Part shown: positions 9,667 through 18,346 of the stretch, in pieces | How the letters are laid out: every line of letters begins with the position of its first letter | Position numbering within the stretch: position 1 is the stretch's first letter | Virus record (IMG/VR): IMGVR_UViG_2654587921_000002 | Coordinates: 15,023 to 79,022 of that record | Strand: one strand, 5' to 3' | DNA: 64,000 nt | DNA from: a virus | Lineage: Duplodnaviria > Caudoviricetes | Translations under genes and position numbers: made by a program | Notes under the pieces: model-generated | The model's input: only the letters and a program-made list of their open reading frames with translations | Told to the model about the DNA's origin: nothing | Databases searched by the model: none

Positions 9667-10024
9667 ATAAATTCCCCCTAGGTAATATTTGGAGGTTCAG
9701 CAATGAAAAATAAAAAAATACTGAGCATTCTTTTAAAACAAAAATCTAAAAAAGATATAATCAATGCCCTCCGAGTACATAGAGCAAACATGGAAAAAAA
9801 TATTACGCCCTACAAAACATAGATTACTAATTGTAATATTCCATATTTTAGCACATTTTTCTTGAAATATCTACATTATCCGAGACCAAAACGCAATCTT
9901 TCATACACCAGCAATTACATTTTCATATTTTCTTTGCCTATTTTGTAAACTTTATTATGTCAGTCTAATGCTGATATATATTTTTATAAACAAATTAGGG
10001 CCCAGTTTACACTAGGCCCAAAAA

Positions 10025-11539
10025 TTACGCAGCATCGGGTGATTCATCCCCGGCATCGCCGGTATCCTTGGTTGTACGACTATCTTCAACAATCTGCCCA
10101 CCCTCAGATTGTGCTTCTCCGGGGATAGCGGTGATAACATCGCTAGTGTTAATGCGTTTTAATTCTATGACAGTTTTGTTCTTATTTGTATTGGTGCCAA
10201 ATGTACATTCGACATTCTTGGCGCGAAGATTGCTGGTTATTTCTCTAATATGCCTTGACACTGCATTCGGCATCTTAGGAAAACTATAAGTAGGGTTTTG
10301 TTCCCTAAGTTTAGTTAATAACTCCGTAGTATAGCCGTTCCAGCTACCCTCCTGTTCAACAAGTCTAACAATAGCGTCAGCAACTGGGTCGCTAGCTACA
10401 ACTTCATCATTTACCATAGAGATATTGCTGCTATATGCGTCTAGAAAGGTTTTACCGCCAATACCTGCCGCCTCTGCGATAGCATAACCCCATTTAGCAA
10501 AATCAGCCATTCGAGGCAGTTTTTCTATTTGAAGGTCAGTTGTCATCAAACATTTGGCTTCCACTAACACATCAAATATAGCGCCTAATATGAAAGGCTG
10601 CTTTTCTTTAAAAGATTTCCAGAAAGTTTCCTCTGTCTGGCGTTGTTCTTCTCCTATCCGCATTACTTCAAACAGCAACATCCTGTCCAGTAAGTCTGAC
10701 CGCCTAGCCGCTAGATTAACGCCGTTAAGGGTAATACACGACTTAACCGAAATGATGATATCCTCCGTGTCAGTATATAGCTTCCGTTTATGTACCGCCC
10801 CGCCTGTTACAGCGCAACATAGCAAATCTGACACACTAGGGGATAACGTACTAAGGTTATCGAATGCAGGCATATAATTGTGCGCTATTAATTGAGCCAG
10901 TTCATTCTGACTTCGCGGCAACACCATAAGTTCGTGCTTCGCCGGGTCAACCAGTTTTCGCAATAGCCTTAGTGCTGTGCTTTTTGCTGCCCCTTTTTCA
11001 CCATAAAAATTAGGGATAGGGTGCGCTATATCCGGTACAAAACAGGTGACTAAGTATACCATAAACAGTATTTTATCCTTATCATTCATCAAGTTAATAA
11101 ACTCTAATACATCTTTCAGCTTCACACCATCATTTCGCTGCGGAGCTATTTGTTCTCTCTTATTTTTGTGACATTTAAAATAAACTGGCGGGCTGCTGAT
11201 TACCTCCCAGCTATCTCTTCCAACTTTTACGGCAGACTCGCCAAGGTCATAATAGAAGTCTTGGTCTTCTTTTGCAACTCTTAAGTGTAACCGACGCTCA
11301 CTGGTATTCTGCCTAGCTAATACCTCAATATGATGGATATAGTCCTTAAGCTGCTGTCTCTTGGGCATCTTGCCAAGTTGGTTTTTGTGCTCCCAGTAGA
11401 GCATATCCTCAATGGATTGGTCATTAGGTGGGTAGACTTTTTGCCCATTAGCTACGTAGATTTCTCCTTCAGATGATTTTAGTAGGGTTAGACTCTTATC
11501 TTGGATAAGACGTTCGATATCAATAATGTTGTAGACCAT
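10025..11539 (-). CDS. P-loop ATPase, SF3-helicase/primase-associated type of mobile elements
   Basis: GEKGAAKST Walker A, PAFDNL Walker B, ITLNG, DLLDR, PRMADF; HTH-like C-terminus. Confidence 0.7.
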   Translation of the reverse strand: MVYNIIDIERLIQDKSLTLLKSSEGEIYVANGQKVYPPNDQSIEDMLYWEHKNQLGKMPKRQQLKDYIHHIEVLARQNTSERRLHLRVAKEDQDFYYDLGESAVKVGRDSWEVISSPPVYFKCHKNKREQIAPQRNDGVKLKDVLEFINLMNDKDKILFMVYLVTCFVPDIAHPIPNFYGEKGAAKSTALRLLRKLVDPAKHELMVLPRSQNELAQLIAHNYMPAFDNLSTLSPSVSDLLCCAVTGGAVHKRKLYTDTEDIIISVKSCITLNGVNLAARRSDLLDRMLLFEVMRIGEEQRQTEETFWKSFKEKQPFILGAIFDVLVEAKCLMTTDLQIEKLPRMADFAKWGYAIAEAAGIGGKTFLDAYSSNISMVNDEVVASDPVADAIVRLVEQEGSWNGYTTELLTKLREQNPTYSFPKMPNAVSRHIREITSNLRAKNVECTFGTNTNKNKTVIELKRINTSDVITAIPGEAQSEGGQIVEDSRTTKDTGDAGDESPDAA

Positions 11540-11739
11540 ATTTTAAAATCCTCCTGTTAGATTTGTTCTTTCATTTTACCGCTTAACTCACATTTTTTGT
11601 CAGCATTCTACGATTATAATTCGATTACCGAAAAAGCCATCGACATTTTTTAAAATAGCTTTCACTAAATTTATAAATCAGTAGCTTCTAACTAAAATTC
11701 ATACACTATCCCATTGTCTACAGCGTATTATTTCGTCTT

Positions 11740-11760
11740 TTGTCCCGCTGATTGTCCCGC
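11740..11760. repeat. Direct repeat TTGTCCCGC x2 (probable integrase arm-type sites of the left island)
   Basis: Copies at 11740-11748 and 11752-11760, about 50 bp from the tRNA fragment. Confidence 0.55.
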
Positions 11761-11765
11761 AAGCA

Positions 11766-11800
11766 CAAAAAAGCCCTCCAAGCAGATGCCTGGAAGGCCT
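11766..11800 (-). terminator. Intrinsic terminator after the tRNA 3' fragment
   Basis: Minus strand GGCCTTCCAGGCATCTGCTTGGAGGGC followed by TTTTTT. Confidence 0.7.
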
Positions 11801-11808
11801 GATTTTAC

Positions 11809-11853
11809 TGGAGCGGGCAACGAGATTCGAACTCGCGACCCACGGCTTGGGAA
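11809..11853 (-). other. att core: 3' half of tRNA-Gly(CCC)
   Basis: Minus strand TTCCCAAGCCGTGGGTCGCGAGTTCGAATCTCGTTGCCCGCTCCA has the anticodon loop, T arm and CCA end; no D arm or 5' acceptor strand upstream. Confidence 0.9.
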
Positions 11854-11950
11854 TGCGATTCCTGAACGTGTCATCATTCCCAAGAGCCGCGAATAATCTA
11901 TGTTTGTTAAATTCTACAAATGGCGCCCAGATACTAAAAACGGTCACAAA

Positions 11951-11979
11951 TTGCACACTTCTGCACACCGATTGCACAC
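11951..11979. repeat. TGCACAC x3 direct repeats (probable phage integrase arm sites)
   Basis: Copies at 11952, 11962 and 11973, spaced 10-11 bp, about 100 bp inside the att core. Confidence 0.6.
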
Positions 11980-11994
11980 CAAAAGCTATGCATG

Positions 11995-12267
11995 TCAAAG
12001 CTGTTTTGTGGTGTCACGTGCTTCCAAATATCCATGCTTATAATGCTTTGCGCACGTAGCTGCAAACATAAATATCACAGTATTAATATCTGACTCTGAT
12101 AAGTTCATACTTTTAAGTAAGTCATGAGCAATCTTTAAAGACTGACTATCTACACGACGGGAAAAGCAATAATTTATTCCCTCAACTATAACATTTGTAT
12201 TTGAATTGCTATTCATCACGCCACTCCTCATGCTAATAATTTTTATATCTATTGCTTGCAAAGTCAT
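11995..12267 (-). CDS. Hypothetical protein
   Basis: ORF track; GGAGTGG RBS suggests a start near MNSNS. Confidence 0.5.
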   Translation of the reverse strand: MTLQAIDIKIISMRSGVMNSNSNTNVIVEGINYCFSRRVDSQSLKIAHDLLKSMNLSESDINTVIFMFAATCAKHYKHGYLEARDTTKQL

Positions 12268-12346
12268 GATATTTTATATATGATTATCATGTAATTTTAA
12301 GTAGCGTTTTCGCATTTTTTGTCGAAAACACTCTTATAAACTTGTA

Positions 12347-12376
12347 ATCCAGTCCCCTGGCCGGGACTGGATTTTT
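12347..12376. terminator. Strong hairpin terminator
   Basis: AATCCAGTCCC-ctggcc-GGGACTGGATT followed by TTT. Confidence 0.7.
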
Positions 12377-12423
12377 CTGTTTACGAAGTATCAATATATA
12401 TCATAAAATACCTCCTTACAAAT

Positions 12424-12437
12424 AACTCAATTGAGTT
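12424..12437. promoter_or_regulatory. 14-bp palindrome, probable XRE operator
   Basis: AACTCAATTGAGTT upstream of XRE gene 12472. Confidence 0.45.
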
Positions 12438-12471
12438 TTATATTAAATTGAAATAGCTTTATATTAAATGC

Positions 12472-12753
12472 ATGGATATCAAGATGCGAATTTTGCAATT
12501 ATGCGCTGAGCGGAATATATCGCTTAATGAACTGGCCTTGTCATCACTTTTAACACAATCTACAATTAACAACATCACTTCCGGTAGAAACAAATCTGTA
12601 AAAGTCAGCACTATTGAAACGATTTGCAAAGGTCTTGGCATTACCTTGTTTGATTTTTTTGAGCCAACCAGGCGGCCTAAGTTTACACCAGAGGCTACCG
12701 CTGAACTAAAGGAATTCGAGAATTATCTTATAAAAAAATACAATCTCAAGTAA
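12472..12753 (+). CDS. XRE-family HTH regulator
   Basis: RNISLNELALSSLLTQSTINNITSGRNKSVKVSTIETICKGL. Confidence 0.9.
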   Translation: MDIKMRILQLCAERNISLNELALSSLLTQSTINNITSGRNKSVKVSTIETICKGLGITLFDFFEPTRRPKFTPEATAELKEFENYLIKKYNLK

Positions 12754-12758
12754 CCATA

Positions 12759-12962
12759 TCACTGCTTCGGCGGTACATACAACTCCTCGATCGCTACCTG
12801 TAATGCTGCTGCAATTTTTTGCAATGTTTCTTTGTTACCTAACATTTTATGCCGTTCAATTTCGCCCAGCGTAGACTCTGGTACGCCTGCTAAACGAGCC
12901 AGAGCTGCCTGGGTTTTTATGCCTCGTTTTTTTCTGTATTCTTTGATATAGTTGCGCTCCAT
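12759..12962 (-). CDS. XRE/Cro-like HTH protein
   Basis: IKEYRKKRGIKTQAALARLAGVPESTLGEIER. Confidence 0.85.
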   Translation of the reverse strand: MERNYIKEYRKKRGIKTQAALARLAGVPESTLGEIERHKMLGNKETLQKIAAALQVAIEELYVPPKQ

Positions 12963-13276
12963 GCAATGCCAAGAGCGATATGGTTACCATATCAATGTTA
13001 ACATAAAATTAAAAATTTCCTAGATAAAAATATAATTAATTCTTGGGGAAAATGAAAAATCCTGCCTGTAAAATATCGCAAATTCTTCTAAAATAATACA
13101 AAAACTGCATGTGTAATAAAAATAGCCGACAACGGCTATTTTTTTATTCGTTAATTATTTGTTTGCCTGTACGCTCGATATTCGCGCCCACGTACAAAGA
13201 CAAGCTTTAAATCCAGCAATCACACTGTCCAATCCCCCGAAAACAGGGCTACGGCGTTATATCTAACGCGTGCGGA

Positions 13277-13570
13277 CTAGCCTGCAACCATCTCGCAAAA
13301 TTGTTTAAATAACATCATTGCTAATGAGATAAATATCCCGACAGCAGCAAGGTAACTGCCATTCGTAACCAGCCGGGCAACTTTCCCGTTTCCGAACGCG
13401 GACAATATCATGCTGCCGGCAAGCCCCACAATACCGACCGCAAATATCGCCACAACCCCATATAGATATGTTTTTGCATCCGGGCTGGCACCGACGATTA
13501 AATCTCTAAGCCCAGCAGCTGAACACACCTTGGGAATTACCAACAGCACCAGAAACACTATTTTGCACAT
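13277..13570 (-). CDS. Small two-TM membrane protein, SpoIIIAC-like pattern
   Basis: IFAVGIVGLAGSMILSAFGNGKVARLVT...LFKQF resembles the SpoIIIAC pattern GIV..IL..G..A..V..LFK. Confidence 0.55.
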   Translation of the reverse strand: MCKIVFLVLLVIPKVCSAAGLRDLIVGASPDAKTYLYGVVAIFAVGIVGLAGSMILSAFGNGKVARLVTNGSYLAAVGIFISLAMMLFKQFCEMVAG

Positions 13571-14016
13571 CTTAATTCCTCCCTGATGTTATTTATTAAT
13601 TCATCAGTAATGGTAATTACGTGGTCGCCTGGCAGTTTAAACACCCTGTCCGTTATCCTGTATTCTCTACTGGTACCAGTAACTGTATTAACCACCGTAT
13701 AAATACCTGCCGCATAATCCATAATTGTACGTTCCCATGATTTACGCCGATTATCCAACCACAGCCGGCACCAATTAACGCCGATCCGTTTTAACGGCTC
13801 CCGGCACTCTTTCAGGTAATAAAAATACGGCGCCGTCTGTGTACTACGGTTTATCACGCCCTGATCGGCGAGCGCGGCCAGCCTTCGCTGTGCTACCCGG
13901 GTTGACGGGTACAGCAATATCTGTAGCTGCTCCGTATCCAGTACGCCCCATTCCGAAAGTATCTCCTGCAGTCGTGAATCCCTTTGGTAACATTGACGCC
14001 TGAAATTGATCAACAC
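13558..14016 (-). CDS. Replication-relaxation-like/wHTH protein
   Basis: LDTEQLQILLYPSTRVAQRRLAAL...Y motif; canonical position downstream of phage FtsK. Confidence 0.55.
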   Translation of the reverse strand: MLINFRRQCYQRDSRLQEILSEWGVLDTEQLQILLYPSTRVAQRRLAALADQGVINRSTQTAPYFYYLKECREPLKRIGVNWCRLWLDNRRKSWERTIMDYAAGIYTVVNTVTGTSREYRITDRVFKLPGDHVITITDELINNIREELRCAK

Positions 14017-15067
14017 ACATAACCTCCTCCGGATCTAAGTACGGTGTTTGAATCTCCGTAAGTTCCCGCCCCAGTCGCCAGTACGCCCGGCCAGGAATTG
14101 CCGGTAAATTTGCGCCCTCGGATGAATCCAGTATGATCCTGCTGTCGACACCGGATATGGTCTGAAAACACAATCGACCGGTGAAGTTGGCTTTGGCATC
14201 TCCGAAACTCTTGCTGGTAAAAATCTTACTGGACGGCCGCTGAGTGGCAGCTACAATGCATATGCCGGCGGCCCGACACAATCTGAGTAATGTTTCTAAA
14301 TCTTCCTGCGCGTCCTTGTCTTTAAGTTCGGCAAGTTCATCAATAATCAGCACTATGTATGGGATTTTTGCTTTCGTTTTGGCATTATACTTCTGGACGT
14401 TAACAAACCGCGACTCTTTTAATAATAGTTGCCGACGGCGCATTTCCTGTACTAATCGGTTAAGCGCCTGGCAGGCTGTTTCTATTTCCGTAACCAGCAG
14501 TATTCTGTTTTCAAGGTAGTTATATTCGCTCATTTTTAAGTCAAGCATGACGACAATAGGCGGCTCTGGCAACGACAATAACGAATTAATAATTACATGC
14601 ACCGCGTTTGACTTCCCCGCCCCCGTAGTCCCACCAATGAGCATATGAGGAAGTTTTGCTAAATCGATTACTTGCAATCCTGCTGTACTATAACCTAATG
14701 GTACTGGCAGTACGCCGGCACGCGGATAGTCTGCCGGGTAATCAAAGTAATTTTCCAATAAGTTATTACTGATTTTTAAGATAGCCATTTTCCCCGACTG
14801 TCGGATTTCTGCATTGACCTTATCCCCGCCGGTTGCGTCCTTGAAATAATCAATTTTGCTGTAAAAATCCTTAAATGATATTCCGGCCGGCAGAGCTATT
14901 GTAAATGTGTAGCCGGTCGCTGTTTTATTTTTGACATGGATTTGTGGTCTGCGCGTGTCAGTCCAAAGGGCTTCCAGCGTTTCGATGACGGCCAGCGGAA
15001 TTTCTTGGCCGAACATCGGTAATAAGATTGACCGTACATCGTTTTTAATCTCGGTGAGTATATCCAC
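13844..15067 (-). CDS. FtsK/SpoIIIE-family ATPase
   Basis: PHMLIGGTTGAGKS, LDLK, IIDELAEL, RAAGI..ATQRP. Confidence 0.92.
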   Translation of the reverse strand: MDILTEIKNDVRSILLPMFGQEIPLAVIETLEALWTDTRRPQIHVKNKTATGYTFTIALPAGISFKDFYSKIDYFKDATGGDKVNAEIRQSGKMAILKISNNLLENYFDYPADYPRAGVLPVPLGYSTAGLQVIDLAKLPHMLIGGTTGAGKSNAVHVIINSLLSLPEPPIVVMLDLKMSEYNYLENRILLVTEIETACQALNRLVQEMRRRQLLLKESRFVNVQKYNAKTKAKIPYIVLIIDELAELKDKDAQEDLETLLRLCRAAGICIVAATQRPSSKIFTSKSFGDAKANFTGRLCFQTISGVDSRIILDSSEGANLPAIPGRAYWRLGRELTEIQTPYLDPEEVMCVDQFQASMLPKGFTTAGDTFGMGRTGYGAATDIAVPVNPGSTAKAGRARRSGRDKP

Positions 15068-15164
15068 TGTATCACCTCCGTATATTCGCTTTGCTTTATG
15101 CTATAACAATATTCTGATTAGGAATAAAAATTGCAAGTCCATGAATATAATTAAATAAAAAATA

Positions 15165-15371
15165 TCACTCCTCTTCAGAAGTGATATAAAAAAGGTCGTT
15201 GACTGTGCATTTTAATTTCTCGCTAATTCGCAATGCCATTTCCAAAGTAGGTTGTAATTTTTGATTCTCCCACCTGTTGTAATGGCTTTGGTTGACACCT
15301 AGAAAGGAGGCAAATTCGATTTGATTCATTTCGTACTTATGTCGCCATGTTTTTAGTTTGTTTTTAAGCAT
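15165..15371 (-). CDS. XRE HTH regulator
   Basis: LKNKLKTWRHKYEMNQIEFASFLGVNQSHYNRWE. Confidence 0.88.
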   Translation of the reverse strand: MLKNKLKTWRHKYEMNQIEFASFLGVNQSHYNRWENQKLQPTLEMALRISEKLKCTVNDLFYITSEEE

Positions 15372-15451
15372 ATATTTATCCCTCTAGGAATATATTGTTA
15401 TTTATGGTATTCTGTGTATATCAACAAAAACCTTTTAAGGAGGCACAAAAT

Positions 15452-16012
15452 ATGCGAACACGGATAAAAATTAGTATGCTAATGCTCGTATTGCTCGCGA
15501 TTATTACCCTAGGGTGCGGTAGCAGCAATAAACCTGAGAACAAACCTGCTGCTTCTCCTCCACCACAAAACCAACACCAGTCAATTACTACCATGAAGGC
15601 TACTACATCTCAATTTATTGAAATATATAACAAGGAAATTAAACAACGCCTTAGTGATAAATCAGTACTAGGTACAGAAAAACCAGTGCGTGACGGTGTG
15701 GTAATGTATGACATTCCGGACGGAAAAGGTTCTCATCTTATATTGAATTACAATCCAGCAGATAAGAAACTAACAACAGTGACCTTTACAGTTCAGGGGG
15801 AAAGTGGTAAGAAATTCGAAAGCAATACAATGCAGGCCTGGGCGACCGCGGTTATAAGCGCCACTGCTCCAGGAGTATCCAATGATAATGTTCTTGAGAT
15901 TCGCGGAAAGCTGTTAAATGATAACCCTGTCATAAAAAATGGTATCTATTATATGTCCCAATATACAGAGAAGGGAGCTCCCTTTTTTCAAATTATAGCG
16001 AGAGCACAGTAA
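15452..16012 (+). CDS. Lipoprotein of unknown function
   Basis: GGAGG RBS, lipobox TLGC followed by a P/Q-rich linker. Confidence 0.75.
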   Translation: MRTRIKISMLMLVLLAIITLGCGSSNKPENKPAASPPPQNQHQSITTMKATTSQFIEIYNKEIKQRLSDKSVLGTEKPVRDGVVMYDIPDGKGSHLILNYNPADKKLTTVTFTVQGESGKKFESNTMQAWATAVISATAPGVSNDNVLEIRGKLLNDNPVIKNGIYYMSQYTEKGAPFFQIIARAQ

Positions 16013-16013
16013 A

Positions 16014-16202
16014 ATGCCCCAAATCCACTCTGACGTAAATATCCACGATATTGTTATGCTGGTGCTTAGCCGTGCAAGTTTCGCCAGCACTTCTCCTGAA
16101 CAGATGGCTGCCGAAGTCGCTCAAAAATACATACAGGTTCGTAGTATTATATTAGAAGAAATTAAGCAACATGCGAACCCAGGAACTATGATCATTAAAT
16201 AA
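16014..16202 (+). CDS. Small hypothetical protein
   Basis: Coupled to the lipoprotein gene; ends at a terminator. Confidence 0.5.
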   Translation: MPQIHSDVNIHDIVMLVLSRASFASTSPEQMAAEVAQKYIQVRSIILEEIKQHANPGTMIIK

Positions 16203-16234
16203 GCTAAGCCCCGGCATGTGCCGGGGCTTATTAC
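16201..16234. terminator. Bidirectional terminator
   Basis: TAAGCCCCGGC-atgt-GCCGGGGCTTA between convergent genes. Confidence 0.75.
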
Positions 16235-17046
16235 TATCCTGTCTTCTTTTTCCGTTTCGGCTTCTCCTGCGCCTTGATTGCCGCAATACTCGCTTCCAGC
16301 GCGGCCATAATATCGATAACCTTGCCAGGCGGCTCAGCTTGTTTTGTCCCAATTACGGTTTTGGCTTTACTATCAATCAGGTTCATAACGGCTTTATGAT
16401 ACTCGTTTTCATATTTACCGGGTTCAAAGTCAGTTATTAGCGATGTAATTAATTGCCGGGCCATATTAAGTTCTTTGTCTGACAGCTTAATACTTCCAGG
16501 CAGATACGTTTCTAGCGCTGCTACCGGTACAATCTCGTCGACAAAAAGCATAGTTGAAAGCGTCAGCGCTCCTTCAGCCGGCCGGATCGCTGCCAGGTAT
16601 TCCTTGCTCCGCAAAACGAATTTTGCAATACCGACTACATTAGCCTCGCCCATAGCCTGCAGCAATAGCGCATAAGCTTTTTGGGCGCCGGTCTCCGGCA
16701 CTAAATAGTAAGACGCGTCATAGTGGCGCGGGTCGATCTGATCCAATTTAACAAAGTCCTCTATGGAGATTACCCTGCTGGCCTGGGGTGCAATGGCATC
16801 TAGCTCTTGTTTGGCAATTACAACATAGCGGTCAGGGGAGATTTGATAGCCTTTAACTATTTCGTCTTGACGGACTTCGGCACCGTCAGAACCGACCTTT
16901 TTATAACTGATTCGGCTATAGTCACTTTTGCGCAGTTGATTAAAGCTGATAGTTTTCTTTTTGGTGGCCGGGTATAAAGCCACCGGAACATTAACAAGCC
17001 CGAAACTAAGCATACCTTTCCATATGGGGCGCATAGTCTCACCCAA
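16234..17046 (-). CDS. ku: Ku (NHEJ DNA end-binding protein)
   Basis: RPIWKGMLSFGLVNVPVALYPA...YYLVPE...VIDIMAALEASI. Confidence 0.95.
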   Translation of the reverse strand: MGETMRPIWKGMLSFGLVNVPVALYPATKKKTISFNQLRKSDYSRISYKKVGSDGAEVRQDEIVKGYQISPDRYVVIAKQELDAIAPQASRVISIEDFVKLDQIDPRHYDASYYLVPETGAQKAYALLLQAMGEANVVGIAKFVLRSKEYLAAIRPAEGALTLSTMLFVDEIVPVAALETYLPGSIKLSDKELNMARQLITSLITDFEPGKYENEYHKAVMNLIDSKAKTVIGTKQAEPPGKVIDIMAALEASIAAIKAQEKPKRKKKTG

Positions 17047-17131
17047 TCTAGATATAGAAATAAAGCTGCCGTTGCTGGCAGCTATTTTAGTTATAATTAT
17101 ATCATATTGGGTTATCCCGGTCAGGTGGAAA

Positions 17132-17362
17132 TTAATGTTTTATATACCATTTACCGCTACTGTCGCAAAACAAGTTAACCTGCTTATTGCATATCTGGCA
17201 TATATACCGTTTGCCCAGGCCATTACCGACAGTGGCAGACGTTCTAACGTCCAGCAATTTGTCAACTTCAAAGTCCCTGCCATCTGCCCAATGCATGATT
17301 AGCGGCTTAATGTTGCCGTTTAGGTCGTGTTTGGCTGTGATCGTTACATATGTTATAGCCAT
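17132..17362 (-). CDS. Small protein of the type usually found beside Y-family polymerases in Clostridia SOS cassettes
   Basis: P...W.DGR.FEVDKLLDVR...G.G.RY.C.I...LF...KW pattern; LexA box upstream. Confidence 0.6.
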   Translation of the reverse strand: MAITYVTITAKHDLNGNIKPLIMHWADGRDFEVDKLLDVRTSATVGNGLGKRYICQICNKQVNLFCDSSGKWYIKH

Positions 17363-17379
17363 GTCTTATCACCCCTGGT

Positions 17380-17410
17380 TTTATAATAGAACATATGTTT
17401 GTAGTTGGCA
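17380..17410 (-). promoter_or_regulatory. SigA promoter with a LexA (SOS) box between -35 and -10
   Basis: Minus strand TTGCCA-17 bp-TATTAT; AGAACATATGTTTG at 17388-17401 fits GAAC-N4-GTTY. Confidence 0.8.
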
Positions 17411-17455
17411 AGTGGGAATAAAAGGAAAAGCCGCCCGGTTGAGCGGCCAAGAAAA

Positions 17456-17827
17456 CTACTTTGCCCTATCGGCAACTTCTGTAATTATATCGTCAATAAT
17501 CGTATCCGTATCTAATGGGTGGAATTCTTGCATGTCAATTATCCATGCTTGAGTATCACCGTCATAGTGTTCATCAATGTAACCTTCTCTCCGCGCGCCA
17601 GGAAATTGATATACTAAAATTGACTTACCGTTCAGGATATCAACGCTTGTATGGTGCGCTTCAGTTATGTACTCAAGGACAGTTCCGTCTTGGCGAAGTT
17701 CTACTGCATGCTGCCGCAAGTCATCCCCTGGTGTTTCATCGAGGGAGTTTACCCATTGGCGTATTAGGGCCGCTTCTATTTCTTCCCGATTGTCTTCAAT
17801 TATTTTTTTCCAGTTAACCATTTTCAC
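17456..17827 (-). CDS. Acidic hypothetical protein
   Basis: D/E-rich 123 aa, coupled to the upstream ORF, followed by a terminator at about 17425-17450. Confidence 0.7.
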   Translation of the reverse strand: MKMVNWKKIIEDNREEIEAALIRQWVNSLDETPGDDLRQHAVELRQDGTVLEYITEAHHTSVDILNGKSILVYQFPGARREGYIDEHYDGDTQAWIIDMQEFHPLDTDTIIDDIITEVADRAK

Positions 17828-18282
17828 CCCTCCAATTTAGCTAACATTTTTTCGAAAAACCGAATGCTCTTATTTATAACTTCCCCATTTTTGTAAATTG
17901 CGAAGTAATACTGGTTTCCCTTTTCGATATGTTGCCATACCTCGTATTTGTCCCCGTCGAGTTCAAATCGACTAATGCGGGATTCGTTTCTGTTTCTATC
18001 AATATTGATGATTCCTTCGACAATTTCCTTGGCTTCGCCGCTTACGATTAGCACCCAATCGCTGTTTAATATTAGGCAATTTTTTTTGAGCCATTCGTAC
18101 TTTTCAGGGTTAATCCATACCTTAAATTGACTATCCCACTTGAAACCAGCTTGATTGATTTGTTCTTTCGCCTCAAAGGTTTTGCCAGTAATCCGGTCAA
18201 CGATATTGAAGGATTCTTCTATGGTGTATTGCTTGCCGTTATACTCAACCATACCGTTTTTTAAGATTCCGTCTTTTAACAT
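17824..18282 (-). CDS. Hypothetical protein, first gene of the leftward twin-promoter operon
   Basis: GGAGG RBS; contains a GFKWD...W motif. Confidence 0.75.
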   Translation of the reverse strand: MLKDGILKNGMVEYNGKQYTIEESFNIVDRITGKTFEAKEQINQAGFKWDSQFKVWINPEKYEWLKKNCLILNSDWVLIVSGEAKEIVEGIINIDRNRNESRISRFELDGDKYEVWQHIEKGNQYYFAIYKNGEVINKSIRFFEKMLAKLEG

Positions 18283-18346
18283 CCTTACCGCCTCCGTTTG
18301 TTTATCTTTAATTAAATTATAATCGAAGTTAATAATAAAGTCAATA
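18280..18346 (-). promoter_or_regulatory. Twin promoter copy 1 (67 bp: -35, -10, RBS, ATG)
   Basis: TTGACT-17-TATAAT...GGAGG...ATG; exact reverse complement of 19498-19564. Confidence 0.92.

Larger units (their letters stand above)
1..11808. mobile_element. Second integrated island/prophage remnant (partial)
   Basis: Mobile-element ATPase, recombination genes, defence-like gene, pseudogenes and its own arm-like repeats next to the att core. Confidence 0.6.

Noticed and set aside
11809-11853. Functional tRNA-Gly gene
   Set aside because: Only the anticodon loop to CCA is present; upstream sequence cannot form the D arm or acceptor stem, so it is an att remnant.
11699-12059. ORFs spanning the att site
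   Set aside because: They translate tRNA, terminator and arm-repeat sequence; not credible genes.
15070-15160. Sporulation-sigma promoter for the FtsK module
   Set aside because: GCATA-like words are present, but spacing to a matching -10 is not convincing.
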